A DNA stretch of 63,979 bases, the filler included, from a bacterium (GTDB lineage: Bacteria > JBBIVP01): assembly GCA_037439705.1 (NCBI GenBank). It is 8 parts of 8 records of this genome, joined end to end, with 100 filler letters (N's around TTAATTAATTAA, not from the genome) between each part and the next. Parts side by side here need not be neighbours in the genome. Positions count along the whole stretch, not along the records: positions 1 to 8,076 come from JBBIVP010000097.1; positions 8,177 to 16,213 come from JBBIVP010000098.1; 6 more parts are not named here. One strand, written 5' to 3'. Below the pieces are notes generated by a model. The model had not been told where the DNA came from and made no database searches. It worked only from the letters and a program-made list of their open reading frames with translations. Made by a program: the position numbers and the translations under genes. This document shows, one piece after another, positions 1 to 10,638 of this stretch. Position 1 is the first letter of the stretch. Every line of letters starts with the position of its first letter.

Positions 1-1
1 T

Positions 2-865
2 TCCCTTTTTACGAAGAGGTATAATGAGGGAATGAAGAGGGAGGAATACTGGGAGCCGATGTTTGAAGATTGCCTCAATCTTCTTGCCAAAATGCCCGTA
101 GTTGCAGCCTATATCTACAGAAGGACATACAAGGATGATGTAGCAATTCCACCGAATCCAAAACTTGACTGGGGAGCCAATTATGCCCATATGATGGGAA
201 TTGACGATCCCGAATACTATAACCTTATGAGGCTTTACCTCCTTCTCCACAGCGACCACGAGTCAGGAAATGTTTCAGCACATACGAGTTTCCTTGTTGG
301 TTCAGCACTCTCAGACATATACTATTCTGTCTCTGCTGGACTCAATGGATTAGCAGGACCACTTCACGGACTTGCAAATCAGGAATGCCTGAAATGGATT
401 CTTGACCTTATGAAGAAGTATGGAGGTGTTCCGACAAAGGAGCAGGTGGAACAGCATGCATGGGATACACTGAATTCTGGAAGGGTAATTCCTGGATACG
501 GACATGCAGTGTTGAGAAATGTTGACCCGAGATATACAGCCCAGAGAGAATTTGCTCTGAAATACCTCCCTGATGACCCAGTTTTTAAAACAGTGAGCAA
601 TGTTTTTGAGGTTGTTCCTAATGTTTTGAAGAAGCATGGAAAGGCGAAGAATCCATGGCCAAATGTTGATGCGCACTCAGGAGCACTTCAGTTCCACTAC
701 GGAGTAGTTGAGTTTGACTATTACACTGTTTTATTCGGTGTTTCAAGGGCAATGGGGATGACTGCGCAGGCTGTATGGGCGAGGGCAGTCGGTGCACCAA
801 TTGAAAGACCGAAATCCGTTACCATCCAGATGATGAGAGAAGGGAAATTCCTCGCTGAGGAATAA
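2..865 (+). CDS. gltA: Citrate synthase, eukaryote/mitochondrial-like type (5' truncated)
   Basis: Motifs HSDHESGNVSAHT, GLAGPLHGLANQE, GYGHAVLR, NPWPNVDAHSG and ERPKS; frame is open to the window edge upstream of ATG 32. Confidence 0.95.
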   Translation, partial: SLFTKRYNEGMKREEYWEPMFEDCLNLLAKMPVVAAYIYRRTYKDDVAIPPNPKLDWGANYAHMMGIDDPEYYNLMRLYLLLHSDHESGNVSAHTSFLVGSALSDIYYSVSAGLNGLAGPLHGLANQECLKWILDLMKKYGGVPTKEQVEQHAWDTLNSGRVIPGYGHAVLRNVDPRYTAQREFALKYLPDDPVFKTVSNVFEVVPNVLKKHGKAKNPWPNVDAHSGALQFHYGVVEFDYYTVLFGVSRAMGMTAQAVWARAVGAPIERPKSVTIQMMREGKFLAEE

Positions 866-867
866 TT

Positions 868-894
868 AAATGGGGGGTTCGCCCCCCATTTTTT
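868..894 (+). terminator. Rho-independent terminator
   Basis: AAATGGGGGG-TTCG-CCCCCCATTT hairpin followed by a T tract, right after the gltA stop. Confidence 0.9.
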
Positions 895-1096
895 GGTTTT
901 TGGGGGTCAGTGAGAGAAGTTGGTTTTTGGAGGTCAGGTTTTGACTTTTTTTATTGATATGGAATGGCAATCTCAGAGGACCAAAGTTTGTCTTTTTCTT
1001 CTCATTAACCACAATCTCCTCCAGACGCTCATCTGTCTTCTTCCGAGAATTTTTTTATCACCAAAATAGAACCTTTTTATCCAATTTTATCCAACG

Positions 1097-1139
1097 TCAC
1101 TCTCTTACTCTCCACTCTTCACCCTCCACCCTCTACTTA
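1097..1139 (+). repeat. Degenerate heptamer tandem repeat (YYACYCT x6)
   Basis: TCACTCT c TTACTCT CCACTCT TCACCCT CCACCCT CTACTTA. Confidence 0.6.
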
Positions 1140-1192
1140 TTATTATCCCCTTTCCCCCTGGTAACAATGTCTATGTTCTTCTACAATTTTCG

Positions 1193-1220
1193 TTGCAATT
1201 ATTATTTTTTTCTTTATAAT
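1193..1220 (+). promoter_or_regulatory. Sigma-70-type promoter of the alpha-glucan operon
   Basis: TTGCAA-N16-TATAAT; GGAGGTGG ribosome site before ATG 1241. Confidence 0.6.
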
Positions 1221-1240
1221 TACTCCACAGGAGGTGGAAA

Positions 1241-3184
1241 ATGATAAGAGAAAGAGAATGGATATTAACAAATAGAAAGGGAGGATATGCAATCGGTCCT
1301 GAAAACCTTTTAAATTATAGAAAGTATCACGGAATTCTTATCGCTTCTTTTGAGGGCATGAAAAGGATACACCTTGTTGGTTCAATTGAAGAAAAAATTT
1401 CCTTTGAAGATAAATCATTTTACCTTGACAGTAACCATTATCCAGGAGTAATTTATCCAGATGGATACAAACACCTTATCTTTCATTTTCTTCGTCCCTT
1501 TTCCGCATTTGTATATTCAACCCATCCACCGGATGAGGAAATAATCATTTTAAAAACCGTTAAAATGCATGAAAATGAAAACCTTACTGTGGTTCAATAC
1601 AAAAATATGGGAAAAAAAAGAATAAACCTTTTTCTCAGACCAAAATTTACCATAAGAGACCATCATTCCCTTCATCTTCCGGGCTACTGGGATTCACACG
1701 AGTACTCTGCTGATATTGATGGAGAAAAGGCTTTTATTGAACATAATGGAATAAAGGTTTTTCTTTTTTCTCAAAAAGGTAATATCTCAAAATCTCCTGT
1801 TATATACAGAAATGTTACATATCCTGCTGAAATGATGAGGGGTTATGACTGTGTGGAGGATTTGCTCTCTCCTTATACAATTGATGTAGAATTAAATCCG
1901 GAAGAGGAAACCTTCGTTGCTTTCAGCGATGAAGATGAAGAAATTGAAAGGAAAATAGGTGAAACAATAAGAAGGTATGAAAAATATCCTCTTCCATACG
2001 GACATCCGGAAAAGCAGGAATTCAACATCCATCTTTCTTTTGATAGACCGCTCTTCAAAAGAGAAGAGTACATTGAAATTCTGAAACTTGCCATGGAAGA
2101 CTTCATATCTGATGATGACCTGATAGCTGGATTTCCATGGTTCTGCGCATGGGGAAGGGATACACTTATTTCCCTTCTTGCACTCCAATTCCTGAATAAT
2201 GGAAAAGAACTCATCAAAAGGATTCTGAAAAAGAAGAAAGAAGAGATGAAGGATGGACTTGTTCCCAACTTCTCAGGTGATGGGAAGGAAAGTTATGAAG
2301 CGATAGACCCTGCCCTCTGGTTCGGGATAAGGGTGCTGGAGTTCATAGATATTTTTGATAAAAAAGAGAAGGAAGATTTTTTGCACGCAATATCTGAAAT
2401 TATAAAAAAATTTCTTAAAGACCCGCCCCTTCCTTTCTATGTGGATCCTGAAGATGGTCTCATTGAGATTCATAAGGGAACAAATCTCGCATTAACCTGG
2501 ATGGATGCAAAGGTCTTTGGAGAGCCAGTCACACCAAGATATGGCAAACCGATTGAAATAAATGCCCTGTGGTTCAATCTGTTGAAGGGTTATATCCGTT
2601 TTAAGGAAGATTCTTTATCAAAGGAAATTAAAAAACTCCTTCCACTTGTGAGAAAAGGAATGAAAAGGTTCTGGGCAGAAGAAGGATTCGCAGATAGAAT
2701 TGAAAATGGAGTTCCCGTGCTGGAAATAAGACCAAATTACATAATCGCTCTTTCCCTTCCAGAAACTCCATATACACTGGCACAGATTGAAAAGGGTTAC
2801 AGAACTGCAAAGGAAAAACTCCTTACCCCTTATGGATTGAGAAGCCTTTCACCCGACGACCCATCCTTCAGAAGCGTTTATATTGGAGACCAGAGGATGA
2901 GGGACCTTGCATATCATCAGGGAACTGTGTGGGTATGGCTGATTTATCCCATGGCTCTTGTGGCAACCAAGCTCTACAGGAGAAACAAAAGACTCTTTCT
3001 TTCCGAGCTGAACCATCTGGTTTTGAGGTTGAGGGATGAAATAGAAAACGGCAAGATGGCATCTGTTCCGGAATTATACGACGGTGGAGAACAAAACCTT
3101 CCAAAGGGTGCACCCGCGCAGTGCTGGTCTGTAGCAGGAATTCTTCTGGTAGAAAAAATGATTGAAAAAATTGAAAGGAAATGA
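1241..3184 (+). CDS. Glycogen debranching enzyme (amylo-alpha-1,6-glucosidase, GH133-like)
   Basis: REWILTNRKGGYA, IAGFPWF..WGRDTLIS, LTWMDAKV..TPRYGKPIEINALW, AYHQGTVW, AQCWSVA. Confidence 0.92.
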   Translation: MIREREWILTNRKGGYAIGPENLLNYRKYHGILIASFEGMKRIHLVGSIEEKISFEDKSFYLDSNHYPGVIYPDGYKHLIFHFLRPFSAFVYSTHPPDEEIIILKTVKMHENENLTVVQYKNMGKKRINLFLRPKFTIRDHHSLHLPGYWDSHEYSADIDGEKAFIEHNGIKVFLFSQKGNISKSPVIYRNVTYPAEMMRGYDCVEDLLSPYTIDVELNPEEETFVAFSDEDEEIERKIGETIRRYEKYPLPYGHPEKQEFNIHLSFDRPLFKREEYIEILKLAMEDFISDDDLIAGFPWFCAWGRDTLISLLALQFLNNGKELIKRILKKKKEEMKDGLVPNFSGDGKESYEAIDPALWFGIRVLEFIDIFDKKEKEDFLHAISEIIKKFLKDPPLPFYVDPEDGLIEIHKGTNLALTWMDAKVFGEPVTPRYGKPIEINALWFNLLKGYIRFKEDSLSKEIKKLLPLVRKGMKRFWAEEGFADRIENGVPVLEIRPNYIIALSLPETPYTLAQIEKGYRTAKEKLLTPYGLRSLSPDDPSFRSVYIGDQRMRDLAYHQGTVWVWLIYPMALVATKLYRRNKRLFLSELNHLVLRLRDEIENGKMASVPELYDGGEQNLPKGAPAQCWSVAGILLVEKMIEKIERK

Positions 3185-4443
3185 GAATTTTAACACTTAC
3201 CTGGGAGTTTCCGCCGAAGATAACAGGCGGGTTGAGTTTGGCATGCTATGGAATTGTAAAGGCTCTTCTTAAAAAGGGCGTTGAGGTTGACCTCATTCTG
3301 CCGATAAGAGAAAACCTTTATTTTCCGTTGAGAAAGGAAGAGGATGCTGATCTGCTTCCGGTGGCATCTCCAAAAGGGGAAATAATTCATGAGGAATTTA
3401 AAAGAAAGACTCTCAGGTGGATTGAGGAGATTCCCTCTGCATATAAAAATAGAAGATTGATAATGAGAGAATTGCTGGGTAAAGAACGAGTTTTTGATGA
3501 TAAAATTCTCAATGACCTCCTTCAGATCCTTCACGACGGGTGGCTATTTGACGATGTAAGGGAATGGACGATCTCAGCAATTGAAATTGCAAGGCATCTT
3601 GATTTTGACATAATTCACGCCCATGACTGGCTTGCCTATCCTGCCGGTATAGTAATTAAAAAAATCTCCCGAAAACCCCTTGTCGCTCACATTCATGCAA
3701 CGGAGTTTGACAGAGCAGGAGGTCCCGGTGAAAGAAGAATCCATGATATAGAATACCTTGGTCTGCAGGAGGCAGACAGGGTTGTTTCGGTATCAAATTA
3801 TACAGCAAGAGAGATTGCGGAAAAATATCTGGTTGACCCATCAAAAATAAGGGTTGTCCACAACGCCTTTATAATTGAGAAGGTAAAGGAAAAAAAGAGG
3901 CTGTTCAAAGAACCCACCGTTGTGTTCGTTGGAAGGATAACCCTTCAAAAAGGCCCGGATTATTTCATAGAGATTGCCCACAGGGTTCTTGAAAGAACAA
4001 AGAATGTCCGGTTCATAATGGCTGGAAGGGGAGATATGGAAAGAATGGTAATGGAAAGGGTTGCTTCATGGGGTCTCGGGACCAAATTTCTTTTCAGCGG
4101 ATTTTTGAGCAGAAATGAGGTGGCGGAGTTATTTGCGTCCGCAGACATATTTGTTATGTCCTCTGTTTCAGAACCCTTCGGTATAGCAGCCTTGGAAGCG
4201 ATGAGCATGGGAACTGTAGCTATCGTTGCAAAAAATTCAGGGGTAGCAGAAATAACCCGGTCCACATTCAAGGTTGATTTCTGGGACATTGAAAAGATGG
4301 CAGACATCATCGTTGACCTGATAAATAATCCTCAAAAACTGGAGGAGATCTCAAAAAGAAGTATGGAAGAGGCATCCTCTCTCAGATGGGAGGATCAGGT
4401 GGAAAGACTTATAGCAGTTTATTCTGAACTTATTACTTCCTAA
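3181..4443 (+). CDS. GT4 glycosyltransferase (glucan synthase-like)
   Basis: WEFPP..GGL, IIHAHDW, HIHATEFDR, GRITLQKGP, SEPFGIAALEAM. Confidence 0.9.
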   Translation: MRILTLTWEFPPKITGGLSLACYGIVKALLKKGVEVDLILPIRENLYFPLRKEEDADLLPVASPKGEIIHEEFKRKTLRWIEEIPSAYKNRRLIMRELLGKERVFDDKILNDLLQILHDGWLFDDVREWTISAIEIARHLDFDIIHAHDWLAYPAGIVIKKISRKPLVAHIHATEFDRAGGPGERRIHDIEYLGLQEADRVVSVSNYTAREIAEKYLVDPSKIRVVHNAFIIEKVKEKKRLFKEPTVVFVGRITLQKGPDYFIEIAHRVLERTKNVRFIMAGRGDMERMVMERVASWGLGTKFLFSGFLSRNEVAELFASADIFVMSSVSEPFGIAALEAMSMGTVAIVAKNSGVAEITRSTFKVDFWDIEKMADIIVDLINNPQKLEEISKRSMEEASSLRWEDQVERLIAVYSELITS

Positions 4444-5645
4444 TGCTGTATGTAATCTTCTGTTTTCATGTCCATCAGCCCTTCAGACTTAAACATTACA
4501 GACTGTTTGAAATAGGAAAAAATCTGAACTATTTTGATAACGAACTGAACGAAAGAATTTTCGAGAGGGCCTCTGAAAAATGTTATCTTCCAATGAATGA
4601 ACTTCTGTTAAATCATCTAAAAAAATATGAAGGAACTTTCAAAATCTCGTTCAGCATAACAGGGACATTTGTTGAGCAGGCTTATCTCTATCGACCCGAT
4701 GTTATGGAAAGCTTCAAGGAGATTGCAAGACAGGGAGGGGCGGAGTTTATAGGAGAAACCTATTACCATTCTCTCGCCTGCCTTTTTGATGAGGAAGAAT
4801 TCATCCATCAGGTAAACCTTCATTCAACCATGTTAAAGAGGGAATTTGGCGTTCATCCAAAGACCTTCAGAAATACAGAACTCGTTTACAGCAACAGGGT
4901 ATCGGACCTTGTGGCAGAAAACCCTAACTTCCGCGTCATCCTTCTTGAGGGAACAGAAAAAATTCTTAAAGATACAAGTCCACTTTATGTCAGGAGGAGC
5001 CACAACTACGAACATATCCTCCTCTTCAGACATTACAGACTTTCTGATGATATAGCATTCAGGTTTTCGGACAGAAACTGGTCAGACTATCCATTAACCG
5101 CAGAAAAATTTGCAAGATGGGTTGCTGACCTTTCTCTTTCCGAAAGGGAGGGAAAAAACCTTTATCTGGTCCTCTACCTGGATTATGAAACCTTTGGAGA
5201 ACATCAATGGAAGGAAACAGGAATTTTTGATTTCATGAAAAAACTTCCAGAATATCTTTTAAAATATAAACACATTTCGTTTTCATGTCCATCCGATGTT
5301 CTTGAAACCCTGAATTACGAACCCGAAGTTCTATCTGTTCCATTTCCTGTATCATGGGCCGATACAGAAAGAGACCTGTCCGCATGGCTTTCAAATCCCC
5401 TTCAGTGGAATGCAATGAAAACATACTTTGAGATATTGAAAAAAGTAAAGGAAAAGAGGAAAATGGAACTCATGGAGCTGGCAAGAAAACTTTCTTCATC
5501 AGACCTTTATTATTACATGTGTATAAAATACTTTGCAGATGGAGATGTTCACAAATACTTCTCGCCCTATGAGAGACCGGAAGATGCCTACATATATTTC
5601 ATGCATGTGCTTACGGACCTTGAAAAGATGATTGAAGGAGAATGA
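4443..5645 (+). CDS. GH57 alpha-amylase family protein
   Basis: FHVHQP, ETYYHSL, FRNTEL, LSDDIAFRF, DYETFGEHQW, SWAD.ERDLSAW. Confidence 0.92.
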   Translation: MLYVIFCFHVHQPFRLKHYRLFEIGKNLNYFDNELNERIFERASEKCYLPMNELLLNHLKKYEGTFKISFSITGTFVEQAYLYRPDVMESFKEIARQGGAEFIGETYYHSLACLFDEEEFIHQVNLHSTMLKREFGVHPKTFRNTELVYSNRVSDLVAENPNFRVILLEGTEKILKDTSPLYVRRSHNYEHILLFRHYRLSDDIAFRFSDRNWSDYPLTAEKFARWVADLSLSEREGKNLYLVLYLDYETFGEHQWKETGIFDFMKKLPEYLLKYKHISFSCPSDVLETLNYEPEVLSVPFPVSWADTERDLSAWLSNPLQWNAMKTYFEILKKVKEKRKMELMELARKLSSSDLYYYMCIKYFADGDVHKYFSPYERPEDAYIYFMHVLTDLEKMIEGE

Positions 5646-8076
5646 CCTTAAAAAAAATTTTTGTATATCCGAGCTATCCGGAAAACCTTAAGAAACTCTT
5701 TGAAATCGCCTACAATCTGTGGTGGAGCTGGGATTATGAGGCATTAAACCTTTTTTACAGAATTGACCCCTACATCTTCACTGAATGCGGGCACAATCCG
5801 GTTAAACTTCTCTATATCCTTCCAAAGGAAAAAGTTGAAGCCCTCTCCAATGATACCGGTTTCCTTGATGTACTTGTAAGGGTGTGGAGGAAATTTGAAG
5901 ATTATAAAAACTTCAGGAGGAGGTTTTCAAATTCAGAATTTGATCTTGAAAAAAGGGGGAGTATAGCCTACTTCTGCATGGAATTTGGACTTCATGAGTC
6001 CTTTCCCATATATGCTGGTGGACTGGGAATCTTGGCCGGAGACATTTTAAAAAGCGCATCGGATATGGGTGTCCCCCTAATAGGAGTTGGGCTTTTATAT
6101 AAATACGGGTATTTTACCCAGAAAATTGATTCAACAGGAAATCAGGAAGAATTCTTTGTAGAATTTGAAAATTACTACACCCCTGTAAAAGAAGCAAGGG
6201 ATAAAAATGGCAATTCCCTTTATGTGGAGGTGAAAATTCTGGATAGACCCCTCAAAGCAAAGGTATGGACAGTGGATGTGGGAATAACGAAAGCAATCCT
6301 TCTTGATACCGACATAGAGGAAAATCCTGAAGACCTGAGGAGTATCACTCATGAACTGTATGTCGCAGACAAAGATAAAAGGATTCAACAGGAAATCCTG
6401 CTCGGATTCGGAGGAATAAAGGCTCTCAAAGCCCTTGAGGTTCATCCAACAATTTATCATTTGAACGAGGGACATTCAGCATTTCTCATACTCAGCAGGC
6501 TTCAGACTCTTATGAAGGAAAAGGGATTTTCTTTTACCTCAGCAATGGCAATAATAAAAAATTCAACGGTTTTTACAACCCATACACCTGTCATAGAGGG
6601 AAACGAGCATTATCCTATTGAAATGATTGAGAAATATTTGAGGAAAGAAATAGAGTCACTTGGAATTTCCTTTGATGAATTCATAAAATACGGGTTGTGC
6701 GAAAAGAAGGACCTTTTCTGGTTACCAGCCTTAGCGATAAGGTTTTCAAACTTTGTAAATGCAGTTTCCCTTCAACACAGGGATGTCTCAAGAAGGATGT
6801 GGCGTCCTCTTTTTCCTGATAGATACCTTTCAGAAATTCCAATAGACCATGTGACAAACGGAGTACACATTTCCTGGGTGAGTGAACCATTTACTAAGCT
6901 CTTTAATCGTTATCTTGGAAAAGAATGGAGGGTATTTCCTGAAAAAAAGGAAGTGTGGGAAAACCTGAAAAAAATTCCGGAGGAAGAAATCTGGCAGGCA
7001 CATATGGAAAACAAAAAAAGATTGATGAATTTTTTGAAAAAAAAATTGTCCCGTCAGTACGCTGAAATAGGCTTCTCATATATCACGATCGAGAGACTGA
7101 CAGGGGCTCTTAATCCTGATTATCTTACAATAACATTTGCAAGAAGGTTTGCTCCTTACAAAAGGCCCACGCTCATCCTCAAAAATAAAGAGAGATTGAA
7201 AAAAATACTCAAAGACGAAAATAAACCCATTCAGCTTATATTTGCAGGAAAAGCCCATCCCGCCGATGAAAGGGGACAGAATATGATAAAGGAAATCATT
7301 TCATTTATAAACGATGAAAATCTGGAATACCGTGTTTTCTTTATTGAAAACTATGATATGAGTGTGGCAAGGCATCTTCTCTGGGGTTCTGATGTATGGC
7401 TCAATACACCCGAGCCGGAGATGGAGGCATCCGGCACATCGGGAATGAAAGCAGGAATGAACGGAGTTTTACACCTAAGTACACTTGAGGGATGGTGGAT
7501 TGAAGGGTACAACGGAAAAAACGGATGGGCTATTACTGAAGGAAAACTCCACAGCAATCCAGAATTTAGAGAATCTGCAGAAGCGACTCAGATATACAGG
7601 CTTCTTGAGGAAGAAATAACGGATTTATATTACAAAAGGGATAAAAACGGTATCCCCGTTGAGTGGACGAAAATGATGAAGGAATCCATTTTTTCTATCT
7701 GTTCTCGCTTTAACATGAACTCAGTGCTTATGGAATATCTCAGAAAATTTTATCTTCCATCGTGGAGGGAATACGAAAGAATTTCAAAAAATGACTACAG
7801 CCTTTTAAAAGAATTTGAAGAGGAAAGAAAAAAGATTCTTGAGTTCTGGAATTCTGTTGAAATAAGGTCATTAAGAGCAGACTGGGAGGGAAGAAATCTT
7901 GTTGAAGGAGAGAAAATAAACCTGTATGCTACAGTTTTTCTGGGAAAGGCTCCTCCTCAATACTTTTCAATTGAAGTTTTTTATCTCTACGAAAGGGAAA
8001 GCAGGTACGAAACAATTCCCATGGAACTCCTTGAATTAAAAGAAGGAGAGGGATTATATTCTGCGTCTTTTTTTAT
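5642..8076 (+). CDS. glgP: Alpha-glucan (glycogen) phosphorylase, 3' truncated by contig end
   Basis: AYFCMEFGL, YAGGLGILAGD, HLNEGH, FARRFAPYKR, PLP-lysine motif EASGTSGMKA. Confidence 0.95.
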
Positions 8077-8176
8077 NNNNNNNNNNNNNNNNNNNNNNNN
8101 NNNNNNNNNNNNNNNNNNNNTTAATTAATTAANNNNNNNNNNNNNNNNNNNNNNNNNNNNNNNNNNNNNNNNNNNN
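8077..8176. other. Artificial contig linker
   Basis: N44-TTAATTAATTAA-N44, with stops in all six frames. Confidence 0.99.
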
Positions 8177-8178
8177 TT

Positions 8179-8610
8179 CCAGATAAAAACCCGAGATATC
8201 TTATGGGGGTTGGAAAACCTCAGGAAATAGTTATGGCGGTGTCCATGGGAATTGACATTTTTGATTGCGTGATTCCAACGAGAAATGCAAGGAATGGAAC
8301 CCTTTATACCTGGGATGGGAAGATATTGATAAAGAGTGCGAGGTATGAAAAGGATTGTTTGCCTGTTGATCCAAAATGCAGGTGCTATGCCTGCAGGAAT
8401 TTTTCAAGGGCTTTCATGAGATACCTCTTTCACCACAATGAACTCCTTTCAATGAGGTTAAACACCCTTCACAACCTTTATTTTTATTTTTCCTTGATGA
8501 AAAAAATCAGAAAGGCTATTGTTAAGAAAAGGTTTGGAGAATTTATGAAAAGGTTTTTTGAAAAGTATCCATTTGAGGAGGAAAAAGATGAAGGAAGCGT
8601 TTCTGATTAA
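8179..8610 (+). CDS. tgt: tRNA-guanine transglycosylase, C-terminal part
   Basis: PRYLMGVG, DIFDCVIPTRNARNG, Zn motif CRCYAC, TLHNL; precedes yajC-secDF. Confidence 0.95.
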   Translation, partial: PDKNPRYLMGVGKPQEIVMAVSMGIDIFDCVIPTRNARNGTLYTWDGKILIKSARYEKDCLPVDPKCRCYACRNFSRAFMRYLFHHNELLSMRLNTLHNLYFYFSLMKKIRKAIVKKRFGEFMKRFFEKYPFEEEKDEGSVSD

Positions 8611-8917
8611 TATGATAGGTCAGACTTCAGCTGCGGGTGGTGTTGGTCAACTTCTCATTCCTCTTGTTTTTTTCTTTTTAATTTTTTATTTTCTTCTTAT
8701 CAGACCCCAGCAGAAAAGGATTAAGTCACACCGTGAATTTTTGAGCAAATTGAAGAAGGGAGATGAGGTGATTACATCTTCAGGAATTTATGGAAAGGTC
8801 ATCGGCATCTCGGACAGAACAGTTCTTCTTGAAATTGATAAGGAAGTGAAAATTAAAATTGCTAAATCTCACATTGAAGGATACTCAACGGAAGAGAAAA
8901 AGGAGGAGAAAAAATGA
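8588..8917 (+). CDS. yajC: Preprotein translocase subunit YajC
   Basis: FYFLLIRPQQKR, LKKGDEVITSSGIYGKV; ATG 8588 follows GAGGAGG. Confidence 0.95.
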   Translation: MKEAFLINMIGQTSAAGGVGQLLIPLVFFFLIFYFLLIRPQQKRIKSHREFLSKLKKGDEVITSSGIYGKVIGISDRTVLLEIDKEVKIKIAKSHIEGYSTEEKKEEKK

Positions 8918-10638
8918 AAGGGATTGTATGGAAGTTCTGGCTCATAATAGCAGTTGTTATTATTGGAACATACATAGCGATTCCTAATTTTGTGGGTGAA
9001 ATTCCCCCTGAGATAAAGTTTCTTTTTCTCAAAAAGAAAATAAGGCTTGGACTGGACTTAAAGGGTGGAACGCATTTCGCCATTCAGGTTCAAACGGATA
9101 AGGTTCTGAAAGAAGTGTATGAGAGACTCGGAAAATCCATTGCTTCAAAGTTAGAGGAGGAAAAAATAGAGGTGAAGGATATTAAAGCTACCGAAGAGTC
9201 TTTAGAGCTCATTGTTCCTTCTGATTCTGATGTTGAAATTATATCTGATGTAGCAAGGCAGGTTCATTCTCTTCTGAAAATTTCATCTTCTTCTACCTCA
9301 GATGGAATTCTCAGGCTAACCGTTGAATTACCACTATCCGAAAAGACGGATATAAAAGCAAAGGCACTGGAACAGGCTCTTGAAACGATAAAAAATCGTA
9401 TTGACCAGTTTGGAGTGGTTGAGCCAACAGTTGTGAAATATGGTGGTGACATGGTGCTCGTTCAGCTTCCTGGAATAAAAGAGCCTGAAAGGGCTAAGGC
9501 TTTGATAAAGAGAACAGGTCTACTTGAGTTCAAACTTGTTGACGACGGAAATAATTTCATTGAAACCCTTGCGGATAAACTTCCAGAAGGGATAACAATT
9601 CAGTATGAGGAAGTTCAGGATGAAAAGGGCAGGATAATCCAGAGTCCGTTTTTGAGGTCCGGAAGTTTTACAAAACTTTCAAAATTTATTGAATCAATAA
9701 AAAACCAGATTCCAGAAGGGGATGAAATTCTTATTGAAGATATATATCATCCTGAGACAGGGACAAGAACCTACAGGACATATCTTTTAAAAGCAGAAAC
9801 CCTTTTGAAAGGGGATACCATAGATGATGCAAGGGTTAGATTTGATACCCAGTTCGGTCAGCCATATGTTGCCCTTTCTTTTAACTCCGTAGGAGCGAAG
9901 ATATTTGAAGAAATAACAGGAGAGAATGTTGGCAGAAGATTGGCAATAATTCTTGATGGAAGGGTGAAGTCAGCACCGAGGATAAAGACGAGAATACCCG
10001 GTGGAAAGGCAATAATTGAGGGAAGGTTTACATCCGAAGAAGCGCATGACCTCGCGATTACATTGAGGGCAGGAAGTTTGCCAGCACCGATTGAAATAGC
10101 AGAGGAAAGGACAGTTGGTCCATCCTTGGGGGCTGACTCTATAAGAAAAGGAATGATTGCGATAATTATTGGAGGAATAGCAGTTATTATTTTTATGGTA
10201 TTTTATTACAAACTTTCAGGACTGATTGCTGACCTTGCTCTTCTTTTAAATTTAATTTTGATAATTGCCATAATGAGCCTTTTTGAGGCGACCCTTACTC
10301 TTCCCGGAATAGCCGGGCTTCTTCTTACCCTTGGAATGGCAGTGGATGCAAATGTTCTCATAATAGAAAGGATAAGGGAGGAGTTGAGAAGTGGAAAGAC
10401 AATGAGGGCAGCAGTGGAGGCAGGATATGAAAGGGCATTTTCAGCGATATTTGACTCAAATGTTACAACAGTGGTTTCTGCTGCAATACTTTTTCAGTTC
10501 GGAACAGGACCTATAAAGGGATTTGCGGTAACTCTAACGGTGGGAATAATTGTGAGTTTTTTCACCGCAGTTTTTGTTACCCATGTAATTAATGACTACC
10601 TTCTTACAAAAGTTGGATTAAAGGAGATAAGCGTATGA
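8914..10638 (+). CDS. secD: Protein translocase subunit SecD
   Basis: LGLDLKGG, RIDQFGVVEP, LRAGSLPAP, GMAVDANVLI.ERIREE. Confidence 0.97.
   Translation: MKGIVWKFWLIIAVVIIGTYIAIPNFVGEIPPEIKFLFLKKKIRLGLDLKGGTHFAIQVQTDKVLKEVYERLGKSIASKLEEEKIEVKDIKATEESLELIVPSDSDVEIISDVARQVHSLLKISSSSTSDGILRLTVELPLSEKTDIKAKALEQALETIKNRIDQFGVVEPTVVKYGGDMVLVQLPGIKEPERAKALIKRTGLLEFKLVDDGNNFIETLADKLPEGITIQYEEVQDEKGRIIQSPFLRSGSFTKLSKFIESIKNQIPEGDEILIEDIYHPETGTRTYRTYLLKAETLLKGDTIDDARVRFDTQFGQPYVALSFNSVGAKIFEEITGENVGRRLAIILDGRVKSAPRIKTRIPGGKAIIEGRFTSEEAHDLAITLRAGSLPAPIEIAEERTVGPSLGADSIRKGMIAIIIGGIAVIIFMVFYYKLSGLIADLALLLNLILIIAIMSLFEATLTLPGIAGLLLTLGMAVDANVLIIERIREELRSGKTMRAAVEAGYERAFSAIFDSNVTTVVSAAILFQFGTGPIKGFAVTLTVGIIVSFFTAVFVTHVINDYLLTKVGLKEISV

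Noticed and set aside
954-1244. 96-aa ORF upstream of the debranching enzyme
   Set aside because: Low complexity, spans a heptamer repeat and a promoter, no ribosome site or recognisable domain
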